From sequence record NC_031107.2: a stretch of 64,000 nt of DNA; one strand, given 5' to 3'. The notes under the pieces are model-generated. The model ran no database searches, was not told where the DNA came from, and saw only the letters and a list, made by a program, of their open reading frames with translations. Of this stretch, positions 9,423-18,631 are shown piece by piece. The translations under genes and the position numbers were made by a program. Each line of letters opens with the position of its first letter. Position 1 is the stretch's first letter.

Positions 9423-9479
9423 TCTTTTTACGTATTACCCAAACCTTATGAACGAGCCAACCTAAAAGGTAACAACTCG

Positions 9480-9779
9480 ATGAAAATCAAATTACTCACT
9501 CGTGAACTCGGCACCAAAGTTGACATGGAAATCTACTTGACTCCGGCTAAGCTGGATGAAAACAAGCAGCCGACCACAGTAGGTAAAATCCTTAGCATCA
9601 CGTCGTTACCGACCGGTAAGCGTGTTGTTGAAATCGAAATCGATGACCGGAACAAAAACCGTTTCCGTGATATCAAAAACCCTAATCCAAAAGATTTGGA
9701 CGAAGTGACTGACTGGGTAGAAACTTACTTTGAAGTCTGGCACAAACGTCGTCTGCTTCTTTCGACTAAAAAACGCTAA
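9480..9779 (+). CDS. Hypothetical 99-aa protein
   Basis: ATG 9480 preceded by AAAGGT; this is the C-terminal part of track ORF 9090-9779, whose N-terminal part is antisense shadow. Confidence 0.7.
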   Translation: MKIKLLTRELGTKVDMEIYLTPAKLDENKQPTTVGKILSITSLPTGKRVVEIEIDDRNKNRFRDIKNPNPKDLDEVTDWVETYFEVWHKRRLLLSTKKR

Positions 9780-9794
9780 TTGACGGAGCGCTAA

Positions 9795-11279
9795 ATGGCA
9801 GGTCCAGCTAAACAAGTCATGGGTGAAGTGATTCGCCCTCGTTTTAACGTCTATACCATCATGGACCACGCACTCGGTAACTACGAGAAGGGGGAAGATG
9901 GTTTATACTACCTGAACGGTGGTTTTGCCCACATCATGGGTTTCGCGGGTCGTGGTAATACCTTTAAGTCCACACTGATGGACTTTTGTATTTTCATGAT
10001 TCTGCAACGTTACGCGGCGGCCTGGGGGTCGAAGTATGACACCGAAGTCACGGCTGCACTGAACCGACTCGAAACTGGATTTATCTCTGCCGCGAAAGCG
10101 AACGGGATTGAAGGTGGCAGTGTTCTGGATTTGATCCATGAAGGTAAATACAACATGGTCGGTTCGGACATCATGCCGGGTGAGCAGTATTACTCCGCTT
10201 ACATTCGTGACGAAATTGAAAACCGTTTCAAAGAGTACATGAAAGGTAAGACGCGTGAGACGCCTTTCCTCGATCCTGTTCGTCGCGCTGCCAAGCGTCT
10301 CCTCGATCCGTGGCTGTACTCAATTGACTCCTTGTCTGAGTGGCACTCGTCGAAGATTGAAGACAAGCACGCTGAAACCGAAGTTGGTGACTCTGAGCAG
10401 AACGCCTTAAACATGCGTGACTCGCTAGAGAAATCCAACATGATGAGCCGTTGGCCCTCTGCCTTTGCCCGTGGTGGTTTCTACATGGGCTTTGTAGCGC
10501 AGCTGGCTGATGACTCCGGTAAAGCCATGTCAAGCGGTGGGCGTGGTGCTAAACCGGCAAACGCCAAACTGCTGGATGATGCGGGTGATGATCTGAAATT
10601 CGCAGGTATTCCTCGTCGTCAGCTGTCGTTCCTGACCAACTCCCTGCTGGTAGCAACCAAATCAGGTGAGCTGAAACATGACGGTAGCTACAACGCCAAA
10701 ACCGGTGTAAACGAAGAGAAGTATCCAACCGCACGCTCGAAGGCAATGAATGCCTCTGTGAACGATTTGAAAGAAATCGTCTTCACGCAGTATCGTGCGA
10801 AGGGCGGTCACACCGGTGTTAAATTCCGTATGGTATTCTCACAAGAGATGGGTCTGTTGTACCACCTCTCTCTGTGGCATTACCTGGCGGAAGTGCTGAA
10901 AGACGAATGGGGTTACACACGTTCAGGTGCCAACTATGAGCTGCATCTCCTGCCGGGGACAAAGTTCATGCGTACGACTGTACGTGACATGTGTGACGAT
11001 AATCCCCGTCTGCGTCGTGCGTTGGAAATCACCGCTGCACTGGCGTACATGCAGAACAACTACCACCGTCTGGAAATGAAGTACCACATCACACCGGAGC
11101 AGCTGTATACGCTCATCGATGAGAAGTGGGACTGGAATGAAATTCTGGACAACACGGTTGAATACTGGATGTTCAAAGACCAGGAAGTCAAAGGTGGCAA
11201 ACGTTGCTTAACGGCGATGTCGCTGCTGGCAATGGCAGTTGATGGTCTCGAACCTAAATTCCTGACCAAGAAAAAATAA
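9795..11279 (+). CDS. uvsX: UvsX/RecA-like recombinase
   Basis: Walker A region GFAGRGNTFKST, Walker B-like YSIDSLS; jumbo-phage gene order next to RNase H and RNAP beta-C. Confidence 0.8.
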   Translation: MAGPAKQVMGEVIRPRFNVYTIMDHALGNYEKGEDGLYYLNGGFAHIMGFAGRGNTFKSTLMDFCIFMILQRYAAAWGSKYDTEVTAALNRLETGFISAAKANGIEGGSVLDLIHEGKYNMVGSDIMPGEQYYSAYIRDEIENRFKEYMKGKTRETPFLDPVRRAAKRLLDPWLYSIDSLSEWHSSKIEDKHAETEVGDSEQNALNMRDSLEKSNMMSRWPSAFARGGFYMGFVAQLADDSGKAMSSGGRGAKPANAKLLDDAGDDLKFAGIPRRQLSFLTNSLLVATKSGELKHDGSYNAKTGVNEEKYPTARSKAMNASVNDLKEIVFTQYRAKGGHTGVKFRMVFSQEMGLLYHLSLWHYLAEVLKDEWGYTRSGANYELHLLPGTKFMRTTVRDMCDDNPRLRRALEITAALAYMQNNYHRLEMKYHITPEQLYTLIDEKWDWNEILDNTVEYWMFKDQEVKGGKRCLTAMSLLAMAVDGLEPKFLTKKK

Positions 11280-11284
11280 TGGCC

Positions 11285-11308
11285 AAGGCGGGGCAACCCG
11301 CCTTTTTG
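11285..11308 (+). terminator. Intrinsic terminator
   Basis: aaggcggg-GCAA-cccgcctt plus T run. Confidence 0.8.
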
Positions 11309-11322
11309 ATTATTGAGGAACG

Positions 11323-11610
11323 ATGATGCGTTATCAGAAAGATATTATCGAGCGTCTTTCTCAGGGGCTGGCCGGTGTCGACCAGCAACTTAGCGCTCAA
11401 TTCAGTAATGCTTTCTCGGCCAATCGTCCCGATCTGAGAACGTTCTGCAATGAGGTTAATGAGCATTATGCACGTCTGCTCGAACCAAGTCATAGCAGTA
11501 AGGTGATTCAAATCGGCGTACCCGAACGAGAGAGCGCGATTCCATTCTGGATTGACGACCTGGAAGCCGCGGCACTACCCTGTCTCCGCAAAGCGAGGAC
11601 GGTACAATGA
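11323..11610 (+). CDS. Hypothetical protein
   Basis: GAGG RBS, 95 aa, ATGA overlap with the next gene. Confidence 0.7.
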   Translation: MMRYQKDIIERLSQGLAGVDQQLSAQFSNAFSANRPDLRTFCNEVNEHYARLLEPSHSSKVIQIGVPERESAIPFWIDDLEAAALPCLRKARTVQ

Positions 11611-12275
11611 AACTTGACCCAGCACGACGTAAGAAGGCAGAAGCTTACGCACTCCAAGTCCTCCAGTTGGTCGACCCAACGGGGATTAATGCAGAAGCCG
11701 CTAAACGCGCTTTTGCTCGCATGAACGATGAGGAATTCTCTCGTCTGCGAAACGGATTACCCATCTACAATCCGACTGCTGGGAAAGTACGCATTGACCA
11801 CTTGCGCAACATTAAAATCTGTTCTGCAATGGGCGTTAGCCTGGAGCAGCGATTGTGGTTAACCGAATCGAAGACCGGCATCTTACAGCGCACGCGCTAT
11901 CCGCACCTTGTCCTACGCCTCCCTGCCCGCCGTCAAACGCAGATGCAGGAAAAGAAAATGGCCGTAGCGAAGAACGACCGTGTCCGTGACAAACTCTCCG
12001 GACAAGTCGTTGGTCCATCCAAAGCCTCAGGGGTATCCTTCCCAGAAGGGTATATCATGTACTCTGACGGCCACGATTGGACCCTCAAAGAATTCTTGTG
12101 GGCGCGTGGTGGTAACGATGTCCTTCAACGGGCGTTTTACCAGTCAATCCGTAACACGGGTAAAGGTCGTATTGATTTAGAAGGGGCCGAGCGTACGAGT
12201 TCGAAAGCAACCCGTACCTGGTCGTCGTATTTCAAAGCCATGCACATTGGCAATAACATAGGTCGTCCTGAATGA
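11607..12275 (+). CDS. Virion RNA polymerase beta subunit, C-terminal fragment (phiKZ gp149/SPN3US gp218-like)
   Basis: TLKEFLWARGGNDVLQRAFYQSIRNTG aligns by eye with RpoB C-terminal [26 protein letters not shown]; conserved position after uvsX. Confidence 0.7.
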   Translation: MKLDPARRKKAEAYALQVLQLVDPTGINAEAAKRAFARMNDEEFSRLRNGLPIYNPTAGKVRIDHLRNIKICSAMGVSLEQRLWLTESKTGILQRTRYPHLVLRLPARRQTQMQEKKMAVAKNDRVRDKLSGQVVGPSKASGVSFPEGYIMYSDGHDWTLKEFLWARGGNDVLQRAFYQSIRNTGKGRIDLEGAERTSSKATRTWSSYFKAMHIGNNIGRPE

Positions 12276-13003
12276 GACTATCCCGACGCTTCTTAGTGGA
12301 TATTGATGCTCTGTTCGATACCCGTATCGGCTGGCTCAAAACCATCAAGCCCGACGCCATGGAAAAACTCGACTTAGACGTATACCGTCGACGATTCACT
12401 GAAACGTGGGCGGAAGTTGTCGGGGTAGAGAATTGGGCAGAGACTTACGCACAGCGAGATAAAAGGGCGTTGATGAACTCTGGCCCTACAGAGTTACTGG
12501 CGACGCTTAAAAATCAGTTCGAGGCGATGCTCATGGAAATTGAGATGCACTCGCCTATTGAGCATCCGTCGGTAACGGTGAACCTTTGGCCGTACACCGA
12601 TTTGTCGGATAAAGAAGTACAGGATTTTCTGGATATGTTCCGCGCTCACTTTAGTGGTGTGCGGGCAGAGGTGGTCGTCTGGTCTCACAAAGACCTGACG
12701 CCAGGGAGGCTGGCTTCGGCGTGGGATGGGTGGATTATGTACGATTGGTATCCGTGGATTAAAATGCAAGCCAGTAACCTGGCAAAGCGTATCCCGGAGT
12801 TTACTATCACTCGTCCAAGTCTGCTGACGCCAGAACTGACGCCAGAGACCATTGAGTTCATGCAGCGTGATGGGGTGAACCCCTTTAAGGAGCACACCCG
12901 CTTTATGGCCGAATACGTGACGGTAGATTGTAAGGACACGGCGTTGTTTAGCCTTCGTCGTCCTCCGAAGTCTGCTTCGAGCGAGAGTACGCCGCCTGCA
13001 TGA
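12272..13003 (+). CDS. Conserved jumbo-phage hypothetical protein
   Basis: 243-aa ORF, ATGA-coupled; N-terminal LVDIDALFD. Confidence 0.75.
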   Translation: MRLSRRFLVDIDALFDTRIGWLKTIKPDAMEKLDLDVYRRRFTETWAEVVGVENWAETYAQRDKRALMNSGPTELLATLKNQFEAMLMEIEMHSPIEHPSVTVNLWPYTDLSDKEVQDFLDMFRAHFSGVRAEVVVWSHKDLTPGRLASAWDGWIMYDWYPWIKMQASNLAKRIPEFTITRPSLLTPELTPETIEFMQRDGVNPFKEHTRFMAEYVTVDCKDTALFSLRRPPKSASSESTPPA

Positions 13004-13418
13004 TGTGGCCTACATCGATAGCGTCACCCACAGGAGCCAACTGTCCCGGATTCAAGTCGATATCTTCGATACGAGGCCGGGGTGGTTGGTATCCTACATT
13101 TTCTTCTGGCGGCGCGTCGTGACGTTTGATTCCAACACCGGCGCGTTGCATCAGGAAGCCGTTCAGGGCGTTTGCAACATCTTGGGTTGCCTCTGCACCT
13201 TTCTCCGCCGCCTTAATTTTACGTTTCGACAAAATTTGTTTGTCGACACTGTTTAAAAGTCGATCGATACGGTCAACCGCTTTCAAGTCTTTATGAACTT
13301 GAGATTCGGATGCCATGTCATTGGCGAGACGGATACGGAGTTGTTGCGTTTCGCGGAGAAGTGAATCTTCGTCATCCACATTCCCGTCGAAGGCTTGATA
13401 TTTCACTTCTTCGCTCAT
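12948..13418 (-). CDS. Hypothetical coiled-coil protein
   Basis: GAGG RBS; coiled-coil-like core; overlaps the convergent gene by 56 nt. Confidence 0.75.
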   Translation of the reverse strand: MSEEVKYQAFDGNVDDEDSLLRETQQLRIRLANDMASESQVHKDLKAVDRIDRLLNSVDKQILSKRKIKAAEKGAEATQDVANALNGFLMQRAGVGIKRHDAPPEENVGYQPPRPRIEDIDLNPGQLAPVGDAIDVGHIMQAAYSRSKQTSEDDEG

Positions 13419-13447
13419 GGTAACCTCTTCTTAAAAAGAACTCAGAC

Positions 13448-13457
13448 AGATATTATC
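13448..13457 (+). promoter_or_regulatory. Candidate phage promoter motif AGATATTATC (copy 2)
   Basis: In a divergent intergenic region, 34 nt upstream of ATG 13492. Confidence 0.6.
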
Positions 13458-13491
13458 TCACTGAGACATTCTCTCACTTTAGGATTAAGCT

Positions 13492-14016
13492 ATGTTTAAC
13501 TGGCTCAACACACGTTTAAAGCGATACGCCGTAAAGCAGCGTAGAAGCTTTCTGGAGGCCGAGTTCCATAAGAATACCCGTAACCCTTTCCAGAAGGTGC
13601 TGGTAGGCTTAGAACTCATTACAGAGCCTCTGGAATATAATGGTGCGGCGTTTTTACCGTTATCCGTTCGTGGGAAGTTAGAGCTGCGTATTGAGAACTT
13701 TGATACGCTCTACGAACGGCTGCAATTCTACATCCGTGAGTACACCCGCGTGGCAAACGGGAGCTCACAAACCTGGATTGCCCTGCCCGATGAATTGGAC
13801 AAAAAGAAGGACGATACACAGCTCCGTTGGATTGACCAATACTTTGGGACGACCAATCCAGAAGTCGTACGTGATAAACTGCGCAAGGCGTTCGCCTTAA
13901 TCGATTACTATCGACCAGCGTTCACCGAGCGTGATACTCCCGAACAAGATGCGTTAGCGAATATGACCGCGCACATCTTTCGTGAGTTAGAAACGATAGT
14001 GGAACACTATCTCTAA
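13492..14016 (+). CDS. Hypothetical protein
   Basis: 174-aa ORF with AGGA RBS. Confidence 0.75.
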   Translation: MFNWLNTRLKRYAVKQRRSFLEAEFHKNTRNPFQKVLVGLELITEPLEYNGAAFLPLSVRGKLELRIENFDTLYERLQFYIREYTRVANGSSQTWIALPDELDKKKDDTQLRWIDQYFGTTNPEVVRDKLRKAFALIDYYRPAFTERDTPEQDALANMTAHIFRELETIVEHYL

Positions 14017-14052
14017 CTCGAACTTTATCCACCCCTTGTAACAAGGTGATTT

Positions 14053-14877
14053 ATGGATGACAAGAACAGCGTCATAAAGGAGCAGATCCATCACGGATCG
14101 CCCCAAGACGATCCTGCGGGTAAACCGCTACAGGAAGCCTACTGGAAATTGTGGAAACAACAACAGTACAGCCGTGCACAATGGACGGCGTTATTAGGCG
14201 AGTATGTGCGGAATCCGAATTATGCGACCAAGTCCAAAGCCACTGACAAAGACCGGGTTCAACGGTTAACGACAGCGCTAACGGGCGGGAACAGTCGCAA
14301 CATTAAAGTCGACCTTACCTGGCGACGGTTTATCGAAGGTCTGGTAGTCATGAAAGTTGATGTATTGACGGTCACGGTTATCACGGTGAAAGGCAACTTC
14401 GGCGATGAGCGTGAAGTGAAAACGTCTACGCGGCCGAAAGAAGACCTTCTGAAAACCTTACGCGGGGAAGACCGGGAAACACCACGCATGAGTGCGACAG
14501 AGGAACTCAACATCCTCTTTACCAATCCGCGTGCGACCGCCGGTCAGATGGAACACATTCTGGGCAGACTGCTATGGCTCATCTTTGCAGAGTACCGCAT
14601 TGATTCTGAGTTCTGGCAACGGTTGTCGACGAACTATGTCAACAATCCGGCAAACTGTCCGGCAATTGCTTCGCGACGTAACGATATGCGGCACAACATG
14701 CAGCAGAACATGCGGATGCGGAAGAAGTTGTCCTGGAAGCGCTTTTTAATGGTGCTCAAAGCCATTGACGTGCGTAAGCTGGAATGTAGTTTCACCTTTA
14801 CGAAGGAGAACTCCAACTTCGTCTATGAGTCGACTGTTGTCATCGACCTCACGAAACTGAATTTCTGGAGACCGTAA
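14053..14877 (+). CDS. Hypothetical protein with an internally duplicated domain
   Basis: Two copies of W..L...YV.NP and L(T/S)W(R/K)RF...L motifs. Confidence 0.75.
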   Translation: MDDKNSVIKEQIHHGSPQDDPAGKPLQEAYWKLWKQQQYSRAQWTALLGEYVRNPNYATKSKATDKDRVQRLTTALTGGNSRNIKVDLTWRRFIEGLVVMKVDVLTVTVITVKGNFGDEREVKTSTRPKEDLLKTLRGEDRETPRMSATEELNILFTNPRATAGQMEHILGRLLWLIFAEYRIDSEFWQRLSTNYVNNPANCPAIASRRNDMRHNMQQNMRMRKKLSWKRFLMVLKAIDVRKLECSFTFTKENSNFVYESTVVIDLTKLNFWRP

Positions 14878-16187
14878 TGAAACTGAATAACATAGACGGC
14901 ATCACCAACCAAATCGGTAACAAGGTCAGTGGTGTCCAGTCTGCGGTCGGTAATACGGTACAACGCGGAACGGATGCCGTTAACCGCGTACAGTCAACAG
15001 TGGACAACGTCGGCAAAGGTGTAGAGACGGCACAGAACCTCTACAACAACGTGAGCGAGAAAGCAGGGGAAACCTTTGACAAAATCGCAAACGGTGGGTC
15101 ATCACTCAAAGAGAAGCTGGGTAACCTTTTCGGCGGCAGTGATACTTCCTCAGTCGGCGGGACGAAGACGGCGGGCTCGGGTGCATCGGGTGTATCGCCC
15201 GGTCAGAAAATGCCGACGTTTGCGACGGATACGAAAGCAGCATTGCCTGTACTCGATCCGCAAAAGCGTGACGTTTCTGAACCGTTCAAGCCTGTCAACA
15301 AGGAAGGCATGTCTGCACTGGGCTATTTGAGTCCGGGTGGGGCGGGCAGCCTGTTGTCGAAAGGGTGGTCAACCTTGACGGAGTTACGCGACAAAGCGTT
15401 AACGGCTGTAGGTACCGATTACGCGTCGGTGAAAAACCGTCTGGAACAAACCATGAACATTGCCGGGCAGCTGGCAAAACTTCCCAGCGAAATCAGCCAG
15501 GAAGTGAATGGTTACATGAACCAGTTTAACAGTGCGAAATGGCAAGTCACCGCAATGATTGACGATGCCACTCACACCTTCGACTCGTTCAAAGACCTGG
15601 GCGATTACTTAGCGATTGACAACGTGCTGAAAAGCTTCGGGGTTGGTAGCGACAGTAATGGCTATAACTCGTTCTCGACACTGGACATCAATACCTCTTC
15701 GGCGTTGATTTACGGTATCTCAACCAAATTGAACGAGTACGGTCTGCCAGGCAAAATCGACCCGATGGTGCAGGCAATTAGTGACCCGGTGGCGCAAGAA
15801 GCGTTATACGGGGAGTTGATGGTGCAAGCCTCAGCAACCGGGAATCTGGATTCCGTGGAGTATTACCTCCCGAAACTCAAACCCGGCCAAGGTCAGCAAA
15901 TCGCGAAAGACGTCATCAAGAACCTGATGGCAAATCTGCGCGTAGAACCCGGTATCGGTTTCCGTCAATACGGGCAGCGTTTGTTAGCGCTGTTTAATGC
16001 GCTTGACCCTAACTGGGACAAGTCGAAAACCAATCCGGCGATGACCGAGCTGTACTTGTACACGTACGCTGGCAGCAATGCCATTCAGGCACTCTTAACT
16101 ACCGACCGTCGCATGTATGTGATTGCCGGTGGCAGTGTGCAGTACCAATCCGCCAACTCTCTGGTGAATACCTACTTCGCCGTCTAA
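14877..16187 (+). CDS. Probable virion structural protein
   Basis: 436 aa, with a low-complexity N/V/G/S/T-rich amphipathic N-terminus; TAATG coupling. Confidence 0.55.
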   Translation: MKLNNIDGITNQIGNKVSGVQSAVGNTVQRGTDAVNRVQSTVDNVGKGVETAQNLYNNVSEKAGETFDKIANGGSSLKEKLGNLFGGSDTSSVGGTKTAGSGASGVSPGQKMPTFATDTKAALPVLDPQKRDVSEPFKPVNKEGMSALGYLSPGGAGSLLSKGWSTLTELRDKALTAVGTDYASVKNRLEQTMNIAGQLAKLPSEISQEVNGYMNQFNSAKWQVTAMIDDATHTFDSFKDLGDYLAIDNVLKSFGVGSDSNGYNSFSTLDINTSSALIYGISTKLNEYGLPGKIDPMVQAISDPVAQEALYGELMVQASATGNLDSVEYYLPKLKPGQGQQIAKDVIKNLMANLRVEPGIGFRQYGQRLLALFNALDPNWDKSKTNPAMTELYLYTYAGSNAIQALLTTDRRMYVIAGGSVQYQSANSLVNTYFAV

Positions 16188-16199
16188 CAGGTACCGTTT

Positions 16200-17078
16200 A
16201 TGACTAATGATAAAACTACCTTTTTGCGGGCAGCGCTGGATGCTGTTAGCAAAGCCAACGTGCCGATTAATCAGATGGCCACGATGTACGGGTTCTCCTT
16301 AACAGGTGAACCTAGCATTGGGGCACCGGTCAGTCATGTTGTGCTCTCGCCGGATGAGAAGGATGCGTTTGTTCGCTACCTTCGTAGTCTCGGCTATCGT
16401 TGTCACCTGAAAGATTTTGTCCCATCAACTGACGGGTTGAATCACTACAACATCTACTCCCAGGCCAGAACCTTACTGGGTAAGATGGCGAGTAATTTTT
16501 ATTCGCAACCAGAAGGGAAATACTTCGATACGGTTGACGGGCGTTTCTTAACGCTCGAAGGCTATTACCATTATCTGCGTATTCTGGATTACGCGATGTA
16601 CACGTACTGCCGCGATATCGAACCTGCACCGTTGTTAACCACTGACAACATGGCAACGGCGGTAATGCGTGAGATGGTAGCGAGGTTCCCGGACATTCGT
16701 AAGCTTGCGAAGTACGAAGGGGCGGACTGTATTCGCATTGGTCGGAGTCTGAAAGCGGCGATTTATGGCGGAACAGATTATCGTCCTGGCGCGTTCAGTG
16801 CGTTCTCAGCCCACCGTTTTATGACGGCAATGGTATTTAAGTTGCACACTTTGACTATTGACGGCGTGAGTCTGGGTAACATTCTGTCTGCGCAGGTACA
16901 TGCTGGCGTCCCGCTACTTCATTACTACGTGATGAACGGGCGTCAGATAAACCCGCCGCATTCGGACTGGTTACCTGGGGTGGTGGCGCAAATCGTACAG
17001 CATATCGATCCGTACGGTGAGACGTTCGACCCTCACGCCGTTATCCAGCAAATAGGAAACGACGATGGGTCTGTTTGA
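16200..17078 (+). CDS. NADAR-like (T4 gp30.3/YbiA-like) putative ADP-ribosyl hydrolase
   Basis: ASNF...YFDTVDGRFLTLEGYYHYL and GADCIRIGRS resemble NADAR motifs SNF...F..DG..F..(L/V)E(G/H) and G..A...GR. Confidence 0.55.
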   Translation: MTNDKTTFLRAALDAVSKANVPINQMATMYGFSLTGEPSIGAPVSHVVLSPDEKDAFVRYLRSLGYRCHLKDFVPSTDGLNHYNIYSQARTLLGKMASNFYSQPEGKYFDTVDGRFLTLEGYYHYLRILDYAMYTYCRDIEPAPLLTTDNMATAVMREMVARFPDIRKLAKYEGADCIRIGRSLKAAIYGGTDYRPGAFSAFSAHRFMTAMVFKLHTLTIDGVSLGNILSAQVHAGVPLLHYYVMNGRQINPPHSDWLPGVVAQIVQHIDPYGETFDPHAVIQQIGNDDGSV

Positions 17079-17724
17079 CACGTTAGACAAACTCGACAAG
17101 CAACGTGAAGCCGACGTTTTGAAAGTGGCCGGTGAATCGGTACGTGTCGAGACTGAGAAAGAGTACGTGATGTGGGTGAAGCCGACGGAAGAAGGCTGGG
17201 CGTGGTTGTTTGAACAAGCCGCCGACATCTACATGGACGTGCTGATGCCGATTGCACGCGGGCGTCGTCGGGTACGTTTACACAGTGGCGGGAAAGCTGA
17301 GCTGACTGTGAAACGTATGGGTGCGGAAGGCAAGATTGAGGAGAACTCGGATATCGGGTTTGGTGCAGGCTTGTCTTTCTACGAAGACGGGCACCTCGCG
17401 CATTTAGTGCGCCGCATCCACATGGATGCCGGTGAACTGAAAGACCGTGGTGCGAAACACTGGGACATCGACCTGTTCTATACCGTGTCCGGACACCCGG
17501 CACTGGAAACACAGGAAGACTTTGATGCCTTAGTGAGCGAGCTCCGCGATGCAACCTCGTTTGGTCGTTGGGTGAAGGTGGAATTGGAAGTAGAACGTTT
17601 TGAAATCGACTCGATTAAAGACGTAATGCCGTTCCCTGTGGCCGAAGCGATTCCGGGTGGGCCGAAAGACCCAGAGACGCAGGAGATGCTACGCCATTAC
17701 TGGGATTCTGAAACCCGCATCTAA
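17065..17724 (+). CDS. CYTH-family triphosphate tunnel metalloenzyme
   Basis: ETEKEY (ExE-like), RVRL, ELTVKR, WDIDLF and VELEVE motifs in CYTH order. Confidence 0.7.
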   Translation: MGLFDTLDKLDKQREADVLKVAGESVRVETEKEYVMWVKPTEEGWAWLFEQAADIYMDVLMPIARGRRRVRLHSGGKAELTVKRMGAEGKIEENSDIGFGAGLSFYEDGHLAHLVRRIHMDAGELKDRGAKHWDIDLFYTVSGHPALETQEDFDALVSELRDATSFGRWVKVELEVERFEIDSIKDVMPFPVAEAIPGGPKDPETQEMLRHYWDSETRI

Positions 17725-17730
17725 GTAATA

Positions 17731-17765
17731 CCCTCTCCTTCGGGAGAGGGATACTTTATTTTATC
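17731..17765 (+). terminator. Intrinsic terminator
   Basis: ccctctcc-TTCG-ggagaggg plus T-rich tail. Confidence 0.8.
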
Positions 17766-17780
17766 CTTAAGGAGTATGCA

Positions 17781-18155
17781 ATGGTTATTGGTTACTTTTT
17801 TAATCGCCACGGGATTGTGTTTGTGTCGGGTGTTGCCGTGGATGGGCGGCGTGTTCGTACTTTGGCGTTATCCGAAGAAGAGAAGGAGCATTGGGAGGAT
17901 GTGCTGTACCCGTTCCACGACAAGAAGATTGCCTTGGCTCAACGCATCACTTACGGCTCAAGCCCACGGGTCGCGTTCCACAAACACTCTGATACCGGTC
18001 AGGACAATCTCGTTATCATGTCGGGAGAAGAGGGTCGACGGTTAGCAGAAGTGTTGCTACAGTTTAATCCTCCGATGTCTAGTGGGCCATTCATTTATCT
18101 CACGGGACATCCGGATGCGGACACCATTACCTGCCAGGCGATGGTACTTCTTTAA
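17781..18155 (+). CDS. Hypothetical protein
   Basis: AAGGAG RBS nearby, 124 aa. Confidence 0.7.
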   Translation: MVIGYFFNRHGIVFVSGVAVDGRRVRTLALSEEEKEHWEDVLYPFHDKKIALAQRITYGSSPRVAFHKHSDTGQDNLVIMSGEEGRRLAEVLLQFNPPMSSGPFIYLTGHPDADTITCQAMVLL

Positions 18156-18172
18156 TTTACAAAAGCGGGTGT

Positions 18173-18631
18173 ATGTATGTAAACACCCGCAAGGATACCC
18201 GAATGATGAATAAGATTGCTTTTGAGAAAGGCACCGGTCTGATTGTTAACGAAGTTATTATCCCGAACACGGACAATGCGTCCTGGGAACATCTGGCCCT
18301 GCGTTTGAACGGTAAGAAGGTTTCCGTTACGCTCACTAACGAACTCGCACTCAACGGCAACCTGGCTAAAGCCGGGCCGGAGTTTGCGGCGTTCAACGTT
18401 CCCCAGAGCGTCGCCGTTTGTTTTTTGAAGAACGCGTACTTCACTAGCCGCGTCTACAGCTGGAAGCTACTGGCTTCCCTGAATAAGTCGGTGGGCCTCA
18501 ATGCCAAACAGGGCATACCGAACGACCACATTGCTAATCACGGTATCGCTATCGTGGTATCGCGTGCCGCAGGCGATGATCTGGCCTTCTCTTTCTGTTA
18601 CGCCTACGGAGCACAGGATGCAGCTGCCTAA
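18173..18631 (+). CDS. Hypothetical protein
   Basis: 152-aa ORF in a co-directional cluster. Confidence 0.65.
   Translation: MYVNTRKDTRMMNKIAFEKGTGLIVNEVIIPNTDNASWEHLALRLNGKKVSVTLTNELALNGNLAKAGPEFAAFNVPQSVAVCFLKNAYFTSRVYSWKLLASLNKSVGLNAKQGIPNDHIANHGIAIVVSRAAGDDLAFSFCYAYGAQDAAA

Noticed and set aside
9090-9479. N-terminal 130 aa of track ORF 9090-9779
   Set aside because: Overlaps the minus-strand gene 8625-9380 and its promoter; the real start is more plausibly ATG 9480.
11340-11349. Additional AGATATTATC copy
   Set aside because: Lies inside a coding region with no start codon at the 32-36 nt spacing; possibly chance.
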